This document shows positions 47,968 through 55,449 of a stretch of 64,000 nucleotides of DNA, piece by piece (within the stretch, counting starts at the first letter, position 1; the number at the start of each line of letters is the position of its first letter). Source of the stretch: an uncultured delta proteobacterium (GTDB lineage: Bacteria; Desulfobacterota; Binatia; Binatales; Binataceae). The notes below the pieces were generated by a model. The model saw only the letters and a list, made by a program, of their open reading frames with translations, was not told the origin of the DNA and made no database searches. Position numbers and translations under genes: made by a program. The stretch covers positions 544,001 through 608,000 of the forward strand of contig CAWCDG010000002.1 in NCBI GenBank assembly GCA_963794325.1. Direction: 5' to 3'.

Positions 47968-48636
47968 TCAGTCTAGTTGAGGCCCAAAAAAAGAGCGATT
48001 GCCCACCGGTCTATCGCCAGCCGCTTCTTCACGCTTAGGTACGAATTTCAACAATTCCGGACGCGCGACTCCGCACAAGCCGAACTGCAGTATTTCCTCG
48101 ACCAACGCCGACGGGTCGACGTCGTTGCCGCGCGAGAGCATCCCGATCAATTCCTTGATTCCGCCCAGGATCGCGTACGACACCGCGCGCGTATCCGAGT
48201 TGCGCACCAGGTTCATCTCGATTCCGAGATCGAGCGATCGTTTAATCAGCGCTGCGATCCGATCGTAAAAATCCTGGATCTTGTCGTCGAGCTCGTGATC
48301 GAATCCGGTCGAATGATTGAGCAGTATGTCGGTAAGCTCCCGCTCCGCCATCGCATAGCTCAGCACCCGGGTCAGATTCGCCCGCAACTGATCGACCGGG
48401 TCCGGCTCCCCGGGTCCCGGGCGCAGCCGCTGAATCCGAAGCGTCAATTCGGTGACCGCCTGCTCGAGCAGCTCCTCGAACAGGTCCTTCTTGTTCTGGA
48501 AATAAAGATAGAACGTGCCACGCGCGATGCGGGCGCGGGCAATGATGTCCGCGACATTAGTCCTATGATATCCCTTGCGGGCAAAGATGCGCTTGGCGTG
48601 ACGCAGCACCTGCGCGCGTCGGGCTTGACGTTCCAT
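47968..48636 (-). CDS. TetR/AcrR family regulator
   Basis: FARKGYHRTNVADI...ARGTFYLYFQNKKDL. Confidence 0.93.
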   Translation of the reverse strand: MERQARRAQVLRHAKRIFARKGYHRTNVADIIARARIARGTFYLYFQNKKDLFEELLEQAVTELTLRIQRLRPGPGEPDPVDQLRANLTRVLSYAMAERELTDILLNHSTGFDHELDDKIQDFYDRIAALIKRSLDLGIEMNLVRNSDTRAVSYAILGGIKELIGMLSRGNDVDPSALVEEILQFGLCGVARPELLKFVPKREEAAGDRPVGNRSFFGPQLD

Positions 48637-48661
48637 CGCGGCTTCTCCGTGGATACTTTTC

Positions 48662-48691
48662 AGCGTAGTTCGAGACGGCGCGCAGTGTCAA
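48662..48691 (-). promoter_or_regulatory. Putative sigma70 promoter of the tetR-elb operon
   Basis: TTGACA-N18-TACGCT upstream of tetR. Confidence 0.55.
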
Positions 48692-48726
48692 ATCAGTAAT
48701 CGGGGGAAGGGTGAATCACTTTATCA

Positions 48727-48937
48727 AATGTGGAACCCGCGGTGGGTTCCACACCTCCTTCGGCAGGGGTGACCCCTGCACCCGGTGTTAAAAAGTTGGA
48801 AGATAGGACCGCGCCGCTTCCCTGCCTCTGTTCCCCCTTTCCGGGTCGGAAAGGGGGTGAGGGGGATGGGACGACGCGATTCCCACGAAACTTCCGGTTC
48901 TCCTTCCCTCGAGGGAAGGGGTTAGGGGTTAGGTTCC
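48727..48937. repeat. Composite REP-like element, copy B
   Basis: GTGGAACCC/GGGTTCCAC + GCAGGGGTGACCCCTGC + two REP units (48830-48870, 48894-48937). Confidence 0.8.
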
Positions 48938-48992
48938 TTGCATCGTTCACCACGCCCCGTGATCGTGCTACGAAAGTGCTTTGGAGGATCAG

Positions 48993-49445
48993 ATGAGCGA
49001 TTCAAAATTTTGGGACAAGGTCCATGCGACCGCCGCGAAGGCGACCTGGGCGTATCTCGCAACGGCCAGCGGGACTCAGCCGAAGGTCCGCGTCGTGCAT
49101 CCCGCGTTCGAAGGCGAGCGGGTCTGGGTCGCGACCGGACGCGCGTCGGCCAAGGCCCGTCATATCGACAAGAACTCGAAGGTCGAGCTGTTCTATCAAA
49201 TCGGCGCCGAGATGGTTCATCTGACGGTCACCGGCAACGCGAAATTCGTCGAAGATATCGCCGAAAAAAAGCGAATCTGGAACAGCAAGGTCTTCGATTA
49301 CGATCTCGCGCAGTTCTGGCCGGGCGGTCCCGAGTCCAAAGACTTCGGCCTGATGCTGATAACACCCGATCGCGTCGAGCTAACCTCCCTGCCCGAAATG
49401 ACAACGGGGATAAAGCCCGAAGTCTGGCACGCCCCGCGCAAATAA
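48993..49445 (+). CDS. Pyridoxamine 5'-phosphate oxidase family (FMN split-barrel) protein
   Basis: LATASGTQPKVR, KARHIDKNSKVEL; GGAGG RBS. Confidence 0.85.
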   Translation: MSDSKFWDKVHATAAKATWAYLATASGTQPKVRVVHPAFEGERVWVATGRASAKARHIDKNSKVELFYQIGAEMVHLTVTGNAKFVEDIAEKKRIWNSKVFDYDLAQFWPGGPESKDFGLMLITPDRVELTSLPEMTTGIKPEVWHAPRK

Positions 49446-49461
49446 GTTCTCGCCTGCGATT

Positions 49462-49500
49462 GTTCCCCTTCCCTCGAGGGAAGGGGTTAGGGGTTAGGTC
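49462..49500. repeat. REP-like unit
   Basis: CCCCTTCCCTCGAGGGAAGGGGTTAGGGGTTAGG. Confidence 0.85.
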
Positions 49501-49504
49501 GGCC

Positions 49505-50005
49505 TCACCCCCGCACGCGCTCGCGCGCGAAAATCGCGCGCTCTTCCGCGGTCATTTTTTCGCGGATGCGCGATCCTTTCCCCAGATGCCGATATTCTCC
49601 GCCTTCTGAAAAATATTCCTCGTATGGCTGCGGCGGGATCTCCTCTGCCGGAGGCGTGTCGGTGATTTTCACGCCGAGCACGTCCTCGACCAGATTGCTT
49701 TCGTACATCCGGACCGCGTCGTAGTCCGTCAGCAGCGCGCATACTTCGACGCAAATGTAGCATCCGATGCATTCCTGAAATCGATCCTGCACCGGCTGCA
49801 CGCCGCGTCCCGGAAGCGTGCCGGCCGCAAGGTAATCGATGCATTGCACGGGGCAGAACTCGGGACATTTGCCGCACGGGAAGCACAGGTTCACGTCCAT
49901 GAACGCGACTTCGCGCGGACGCTTTTTTTTCTGTCCGACTTCCTCGGGAGTCTCGGGTATCCGGTCTTCCTTGAGCCGGCGCTTGATGATGTCGATAGCG
50001 CTCAT
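49505..50005 (-). CDS. 2x[4Fe-4S] ferredoxin-like protein
   Basis: CFPCGKCPEFCP and CIGCYICVEVC. Confidence 0.88.
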   Translation of the reverse strand: MSAIDIIKRRLKEDRIPETPEEVGQKKKRPREVAFMDVNLCFPCGKCPEFCPVQCIDYLAAGTLPGRGVQPVQDRFQECIGCYICVEVCALLTDYDAVRMYESNLVEDVLGVKITDTPPAEEIPPQPYEEYFSEGGEYRHLGKGSRIREKMTAEERAIFARERVRG

Positions 50006-50060
50006 AGCTCTATAGTCACGCTATTTCACAGCGCGCGGTCAAGCGTTCGACTGAATCGGG

Positions 50061-51629
50061 TTATCTGACTGCGAAAATACGGCCGCTCGACGTACCGACG
50101 TACAGCATTCCCGATGCTGACGATGCGGCGGTCGTGATCTTGCCGAAGCTGCGCGACGTCCAGACTTTGCTGCCGTCGCCCATCAGCACCGCGCCCACGT
50201 CTTCAGTCGAAGCATCGAAGGCGCCGTCGTTGCCGAGCACAGTCAGGCCCGCGTCGCCGGGGATCAACGTCGAGTCTTTCCATCGGACCTGGCCGTCGGT
50301 AGTCACGCCATAAATCGTATCGGAGCCGGCGAAGATCGTTCCTGATGGGGCAACCACCGGTCCCGCCGTGACCGGATGCGCGCTGTTGACGTTCCAAATC
50401 GGAGCGCCCGTGCGCGCATCGATCGCATACACGCCGCCACTGGCCGAGCCTGCATAAACGACATCGTCAGCGTAGCCGACCGCGCCCGAAAATCCGCCGT
50501 CCGGCTGGAACGTCCATATCACCGCGCCATCTGACCCGAGAGCCGTGACCGCACCTTGCGACGCTCCCACCACGACTCCGTCCGAAGTCGTTGCGGCACT
50601 GGTGACCCGTCCGAGATTGACGCGCCAATTTAACGAGCCGCCGGTGCTGACCGACACGAGGTCGCCCCCGCTGGATGCGTAAATCGCGTGGTCGGTCGTC
50701 GCGATCGGTCCAACGCTGTCGCCTATTTCGAGATGCCAGAGTATCGCGCCGTCAGGGCTGAAAGCCGCCAGATCCGACTTCGACGACATCGCGATCACGG
50801 TCCCATCGGCCAGGACTGCCGACGACGAGCCGTCCGCAGGGCGACGCATGGTTTCCTTGCCCTTGGAATTCAGGCCGTGCAGCTCGCCATCTAGCGTGAT
50901 GAAGAATATCGAACCGTCGGCGCCGACTGCGATTCGCCCGCGCAGCTCGGCGCCGGGATCGAAGGTCCACATCAGGATGCCCGCACTGCGCGCCGATTGC
51001 GCGGCGGTGCTCGCCGTCTCGGTCTGCGCGGTGCCGGGGATCGGACATACAAACGGGACCGCCGGAGTGCAATTGAGCCCACCTGCCGGATTGTTGACGT
51101 CCTCGTAAACCCCGACGCTGACGAACTGGCTGCTCACCCCGGAGCTGCTCGCGAGAATGCAGACGCATCCGGCAAACCCGGTCGTAAATATGCCGCCCTG
51201 CGCGGCCGTAGAAGGCGACTGGAAAACGGTATTGTCCGTCGAGATCCACATGGTCGAGGTGCCCCTGGTTATATCCACGAGCTTGACCTGGGTTTTTTTG
51301 GTGAAGGTGCCGATCGCGTTGAACGAAACCGTCCCGCCAGTCGGCACGCTGCCCGGCTCGATGGATGTGCTGGTCGCCGACGCGCGCGGCGTCAACGTGG
51401 GCGTCACGGTTTTTTTAGGAGTCGGCGTTTTCGTCGGCGGCGGCGTCATCGACGGCGTGGGCGAGGGCGGAGCGCCGGTCGAGATCACGATTGCTCCGAG
51501 CGCGAAGCCAGGAGTCGGGATTGCAGTAGCGGTTCCGCTGCCGCTGCTACTGCAACTCAACAGAATTGCTCCGAAAACGAACAATACAACTGGCCCCACC
51601 ACCAGCCATCTAAGCCACCGCGACAACAT
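50061..51629 (-). CDS. Lipoprotein with Pro/Thr linker and PQQ-like (BamB-type) beta-propeller
   Basis: Lipobox LLSC; repeated G...W blades; YVGTSSGRIFAV. Confidence 0.82.
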   Translation of the reverse strand: MLSRWLRWLVVGPVVLFVFGAILLSCSSSGSGTATAIPTPGFALGAIVISTGAPPSPTPSMTPPPTKTPTPKKTVTPTLTPRASATSTSIEPGSVPTGGTVSFNAIGTFTKKTQVKLVDITRGTSTMWISTDNTVFQSPSTAAQGGIFTTGFAGCVCILASSSGVSSQFVSVGVYEDVNNPAGGLNCTPAVPFVCPIPGTAQTETASTAAQSARSAGILMWTFDPGAELRGRIAVGADGSIFFITLDGELHGLNSKGKETMRRPADGSSSAVLADGTVIAMSSKSDLAAFSPDGAILWHLEIGDSVGPIATTDHAIYASSGGDLVSVSTGGSLNWRVNLGRVTSAATTSDGVVVGASQGAVTALGSDGAVIWTFQPDGGFSGAVGYADDVVYAGSASGGVYAIDARTGAPIWNVNSAHPVTAGPVVAPSGTIFAGSDTIYGVTTDGQVRWKDSTLIPGDAGLTVLGNDGAFDASTEDVGAVLMGDGSKVWTSRSFGKITTAASSASGMLYVGTSSGRIFAVR

Positions 51630-51747
51630 GAAGGCATCACCTATGACTGAAGCCAGCGTCCGGTGTCAAGTTGATGCGCGATTTCGCTCTTCAGAAGCGC
51701 CCGAAAAGCCGGATGCGACTACCGAGAAATCCGGAGGTGATTGACTG

Positions 51748-51900
51748 AAAACAAAAAAATGGCGGGCATCTGAAGAGGGGGGGGACTCTCCAATGCCCGC
51801 CTGTTCGTAGCGGCCGTCCGCGTACGCTGCGGACGGTAAACCGGTTAGTTGGGAGGAACAAACCAACCGGTCCAGGTGCCAGAGCCGTTCGCACCTGTTT
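51748..51900 (-). ncRNA. Candidate structured sRNA or leader with four hairpins and a terminator
   Basis: Four consecutive stems; two positions pair as G-U only on the minus strand; U-tail; C-rich loops. Confidence 0.6.
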
Positions 51901-52002
51901 ATTGAGACGATTCAATTCTGGGATTATTCAAGTTCGAATAATTTTTCATTTGCAGCCGCCGCACGTCGGACTAGACTCGACGTCGGAGGATACGAAAAAG
52001 CA

Positions 52003-53010
52003 ATGGAATACAGGCGATTAGGTGGAACCGGCCTCAAAGTTTCCGAGCTTTGTCTTGGATGCATGACGTTTGGACGAGAGACAGACGAAAAAACTGCGGG
52101 AAAAATTCTCGACCGGTTTATTGAGGTTGGCGGCAATTTCCTCGATACGGCCAACGTTTATGCAGCCGGCGCGTCGGAAGAAATCCTCGGTCGAATTCTC
52201 GGCGAGCGGCGAAAAGATCTGATCGTAGCAACCAAAGTTCGTTTCAATGCGAATATCTTCATGGGCAAGACAGTCGCGCCGAATCAAATCGGACTCTCGC
52301 GCGGCCATATCATGTCGGAAGTCGAGGCCAGTCTGCGCCGCCTGAAAATGGACTACATCGATCTTTACCAGGTGCATTCATGGGACTTCGAAACGCCGAT
52401 CGAAGAGACAATGCGCGCGCTCGACGACCTCGTGCGTCACGGCAAGGTCAGGTATATCGGCGCGTCGAACTTTACGGCGTGGCAACTGATGAAGAGTCTG
52501 TGGGTCAGCGATAAACATAACTATGCGCGTTTTGATTGTTTGCAGCCGCAATACAGCTTGATATCGCGCGAGATCGAGCGCGAGATTCTGCCGCTATGCC
52601 GCTACGAAGGCGTGGGCGTGATTCCATGGAGTCCGCTCGGCGGCGGATTTCTGACCGGCAAGTATCGTTCGGGTCAGCGTCCGCCCGAGGACAGCCGGCT
52701 GGCGAAGATCGATATGTGGAATCGGCTCGCGGACGAGCGCAATTACTCGACGCTCGAAGCAGTCGAGCACGTCGCGAAAGAACGCGGCCGCGCAATCTCG
52801 CAAGTCGCGCTGGCATGGGTGAATCAGCAGCCCGGCGTCAGCTCGGTGATTTACGGCGCGCGAACCGAAGAGCAAAACGAGCAAAACCTCGGCGCAATCG
52901 GATTCCGCCTCGAAGCCGCTGAGTTGGCCGCACTCAACAAGGCAAGCGCATTGCCCCTGGAGTACCCCGACGCGATGCAATCACGTCTGCCGGGTTATCC
53001 GCGCCAGTAA
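52003..53010 (+). CDS. Aldo/keto reductase
   Basis: LGCMTFG, DTANVY, SLRRLKMDYIDLYQVH, GKVRYIGASN, PWSPLGGGFLTGKY. Confidence 0.94.
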   Translation: MEYRRLGGTGLKVSELCLGCMTFGRETDEKTAGKILDRFIEVGGNFLDTANVYAAGASEEILGRILGERRKDLIVATKVRFNANIFMGKTVAPNQIGLSRGHIMSEVEASLRRLKMDYIDLYQVHSWDFETPIEETMRALDDLVRHGKVRYIGASNFTAWQLMKSLWVSDKHNYARFDCLQPQYSLISREIEREILPLCRYEGVGVIPWSPLGGGFLTGKYRSGQRPPEDSRLAKIDMWNRLADERNYSTLEAVEHVAKERGRAISQVALAWVNQQPGVSSVIYGARTEEQNEQNLGAIGFRLEAAELAALNKASALPLEYPDAMQSRLPGYPRQ

Positions 53011-53014
53011 ACTG

Positions 53015-53045
53015 AAGAGGCGCGTCCATTCGGGCGCGCCTCTTT
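53015..53045. terminator. Terminator hairpin
   Basis: AGAGGGCGCGTCC/GGGCGCGCCTCT stem followed by a short T-run, after the AKR gene. Confidence 0.6.
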
Positions 53046-53047
53046 AT

Positions 53048-53098
53048 CCGGTCCCCCTTCCCGCGAGGACCGAAAAAAGGGGTTAGGGGTTAGGTTCC
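53048..53098. repeat. REP-like unit with disrupted loop
   Basis: CCCCCTTCCC...AAGGGGTTAGGGGTTAGG. Confidence 0.75.
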
Positions 53099-53105
53099 TT
53101 CTCTG

Positions 53106-53951
53106 TCATCCCTCGAACGACGGCCCCATGAAGGTACTCGGCGCGATCGGCGACGGTGAACTCTGTCCCGCCGCATTCTGTGAGAACTGGCTGCCTATCG
53201 TGAGGCCGCCATCCACCACCATCGCCTGCCCGGTGACGAATTCCGAATCGTCACTCGCGAGGTACAACGCCATCCCGGCGATATCCTCCGGATGCCCCGC
53301 GCGTGGAATAGGTTGCGACTTCGCCATCCATTGTTCCATCGCTTCTTTCACGCCCGGCTGATTGCGATGGAGTATCGGCGTATTGATTCCCCCGGGGCAG
53401 ATGCAATTGACACGAATTTTGTCCTTGGCGAACTCCAGCGCTGCCGATCGCGTCAGGTTCACGACGCCGGCCTTCGCCGCGCAGTAGGCATGCAGCGACG
53501 CGAAGCCGCGGATGCCGGCGACTGATGCGGTCGAGATTATCGAGCCGCCGCCGGCTTTGCGCATCTCGGGAGCCGCATGCTTCATCCCAAGGAACACGCC
53601 GCGCAGCAACACTGCCTGACTCTTGTCCCAGTCCTCGACCGAAATTTGTTCGAGCGGTCCGATCGCGCCGCCGATTCCGGCGTTGTTGTAAATTATGTCG
53701 AGACGCCCGAACTCCGAAATGGCGCGTGCAATCAGCGCCTTGATTTCAGTTTCGGCGGACACGTCAGTTTTCTGAAAGACCGCGCGCCCCGCATTCTCCT
53801 TGCAATCGCGAACCGCGGATTCGCCGCCCTCGACATTGAGATCCGCGATCACAACCGCCGCGCCTTCGCCCGCAAACTTGATTGCAGTCGCCCGCCCAAT
53901 CCCGCTCGCCGCGCCCGTGATCACAGCTACCTTACCCTTGAGCCTGTCCAT
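53106..53951 (-). CDS. SDR family oxidoreductase
   Basis: TGAASGIG, NNAG, YCAAK. Confidence 0.94.
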   Translation of the reverse strand: MDRLKGKVAVITGAASGIGRATAIKFAGEGAAVVIADLNVEGGESAVRDCKENAGRAVFQKTDVSAETEIKALIARAISEFGRLDIIYNNAGIGGAIGPLEQISVEDWDKSQAVLLRGVFLGMKHAAPEMRKAGGGSIISTASVAGIRGFASLHAYCAAKAGVVNLTRSAALEFAKDKIRVNCICPGGINTPILHRNQPGVKEAMEQWMAKSQPIPRAGHPEDIAGMALYLASDDSEFVTGQAMVVDGGLTIGSQFSQNAAGQSSPSPIAPSTFMGPSFEG

Positions 53952-54059
53952 TTAGAATTTCCTCTGTTTGAAAAATTACGTCGCCATGCAACGCGCGTAA
54001 CGCGCATAGCAGTAATTATCAGACAGCGACTCGAAGCGGATAGCGGCGCAGACTACGTG

Positions 54060-54389
54060 CTAGCGCTTGGCCGGGTGGAGGCGGGTCAGCATCCGGCGTT
54101 CCTCGGCGGCCCGGCTCTCGAAGCTCTCGATCGGTGTGACCCTCCACTTGAGTCTTCCCCACAGTGGGACTTCGCGCAGCATACGATCCAGCGCTTCGTT
54201 GGATGCCGCCTCGGCGATGAAGGCAACCGCCCGGTCGCCGATCTCAACTCCGCCAGCGAGGATCTTTTTGTCCGCCTCGAGCTTTGTGAGCGCATCGAGG
54301 CCGGGAACCACGACGTCCTTCAGAAGCTGAGCGGCTTCGTCGGGGGTAGCCCATCCGGGCCCTTGTGAACCGACCACCAGATATTTCAT
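54060..54389 (-). CDS. Muconolactone delta-isomerase/YciI-like dimeric barrel protein
   Basis: KILAGG, AASNEALDRMLREVPLW, VTPI; GGAGG RBS. Confidence 0.7.
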   Translation of the reverse strand: MKYLVVGSQGPGWATPDEAAQLLKDVVVPGLDALTKLEADKKILAGGVEIGDRAVAFIAEAASNEALDRMLREVPLWGRLKWRVTPIESFESRAAEERRMLTRLHPAKR

Positions 54390-54417
54390 TCAAACCTCCG
54401 TACGATAGCGATGCAAA

Positions 54418-55242
54418 TTACATCTCAAATGACGGCCCCGAAAATCCGCTGCCCGGCAGCCCCGCCAAACGAAAGCGCGCGTTGCCGGTATTGATTCCGC
54501 CGTCAACGACCATCGCGGTCCCACTGATCCAGTTCGCCTCGTCGCTCGCGAGGAACAGCGCCATCGACGCGATGTCGTCAGGCTTTCCCGCGCGCGGTAT
54601 CGGCTGCATCCGCGCCATCGATTTCTCCGATTGTTCCTCGGCGCCAGGACGCCCGCGATGGATCAGCGGAGTATTGACGCCTCCGGGGCAGATACAGTTG
54701 ACCCGAATCTTGTCGTGCCCGACTTCGATCGCGACCGCCTGCGTCAGGTTCACGACCGCCGCCTTCGCCGCGCTGTATGCGGCCAGATAGCCGACCCCGC
54801 GCAGTCCCGCAACCGACGCGGTCGAGATGATCGATCCGCCGCCCGCTTTGCGCATCTCGGGAATCGAGTACTTCATGCCGAGATACGCCGCGCGCAGCAG
54901 CACCGCGATAGTGCGGTCCCAGTCTGTCGATTCGACTTTCTCGATCGGCCCGACCGCCCCGGCAACGCCCGCGTTGTTGAACATGATATCGAGCCGCCCG
55001 AATTCCTTGACCGCGCGCGCGACCGCGGCCTTGATATCCGGCTCGCTGGTCACGTCGGTGCGCTGAAACACGGCGCGCCCGCCCGCCGCCGCGCATTCCG
55101 CGACCGCGGTCTCTCCGCCCTGCGCATTCAAGTCGGTAAGCACCACACTCGCGCCTTCCTTCGCGAAGCGGAGCGCGGTCGCGCGTCCCATCCCACTCGC
55201 GGCCCCGGTGATCACTGCAACCTTTCCATCGATTCTGCCCAT
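54418..55242 (-). CDS. SDR family oxidoreductase, paralog of 53106-53951
   Basis: TGAASGMG, NNAG, YSAAK. Confidence 0.94.
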   Translation of the reverse strand: MGRIDGKVAVITGAASGMGRATALRFAKEGASVVLTDLNAQGGETAVAECAAAGGRAVFQRTDVTSEPDIKAAVARAVKEFGRLDIMFNNAGVAGAVGPIEKVESTDWDRTIAVLLRAAYLGMKYSIPEMRKAGGGSIISTASVAGLRGVGYLAAYSAAKAAVVNLTQAVAIEVGHDKIRVNCICPGGVNTPLIHRGRPGAEEQSEKSMARMQPIPRAGKPDDIASMALFLASDEANWISGTAMVVDGGINTGNARFRLAGLPGSGFSGPSFEM

Positions 55243-55386
55243 TGCCAATTCTCCTGCGCGCATCGAGTCGCGCGTCGCCTTTGATGTGAATCTCAAAATC
55301 TCAATAGCAATGATTCACCCGAGTCGGGTAGCCGTCACAAAACCACTCCACATGGGACAAATTGCAGCGCCCTCCTTCTGCGCGAT

Positions 55387-55426
55387 GGTTCCCCTTCCCT
55401 CGAGGGAAGGGGTTAGGGGTTAGGTT
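55387..55426. repeat. REP-like unit
   Basis: CCCCTTCCCTCGAGGGAAGGGGTTAGGGGTTAGG. Confidence 0.85.
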
Positions 55427-55430
55427 GCCG

Positions 55431-55439
55431 TGATACAAT
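55431..55439 (+). promoter_or_regulatory. Extended -10 element for uvrC
   Basis: TG-A-TACAAT 10 nt before ATG 55450, implying a near-leaderless mRNA. Confidence 0.45.
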
Positions 55440-55449
55440 AGCCGCGACC

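Noticed and set aside
48693-48996. Short ORFs with FPRGKGLGVR-type translations
   Set aside because: They are translations of the REP repeat, not genes
26994-55426. Recurring 35-40 bp palindromic repeat considered as a CRISPR array or telomere-like sequence
   Set aside because: Copies are dispersed in intergenic gaps, with no regular spacers and no cas genes; they fit REP-like elements
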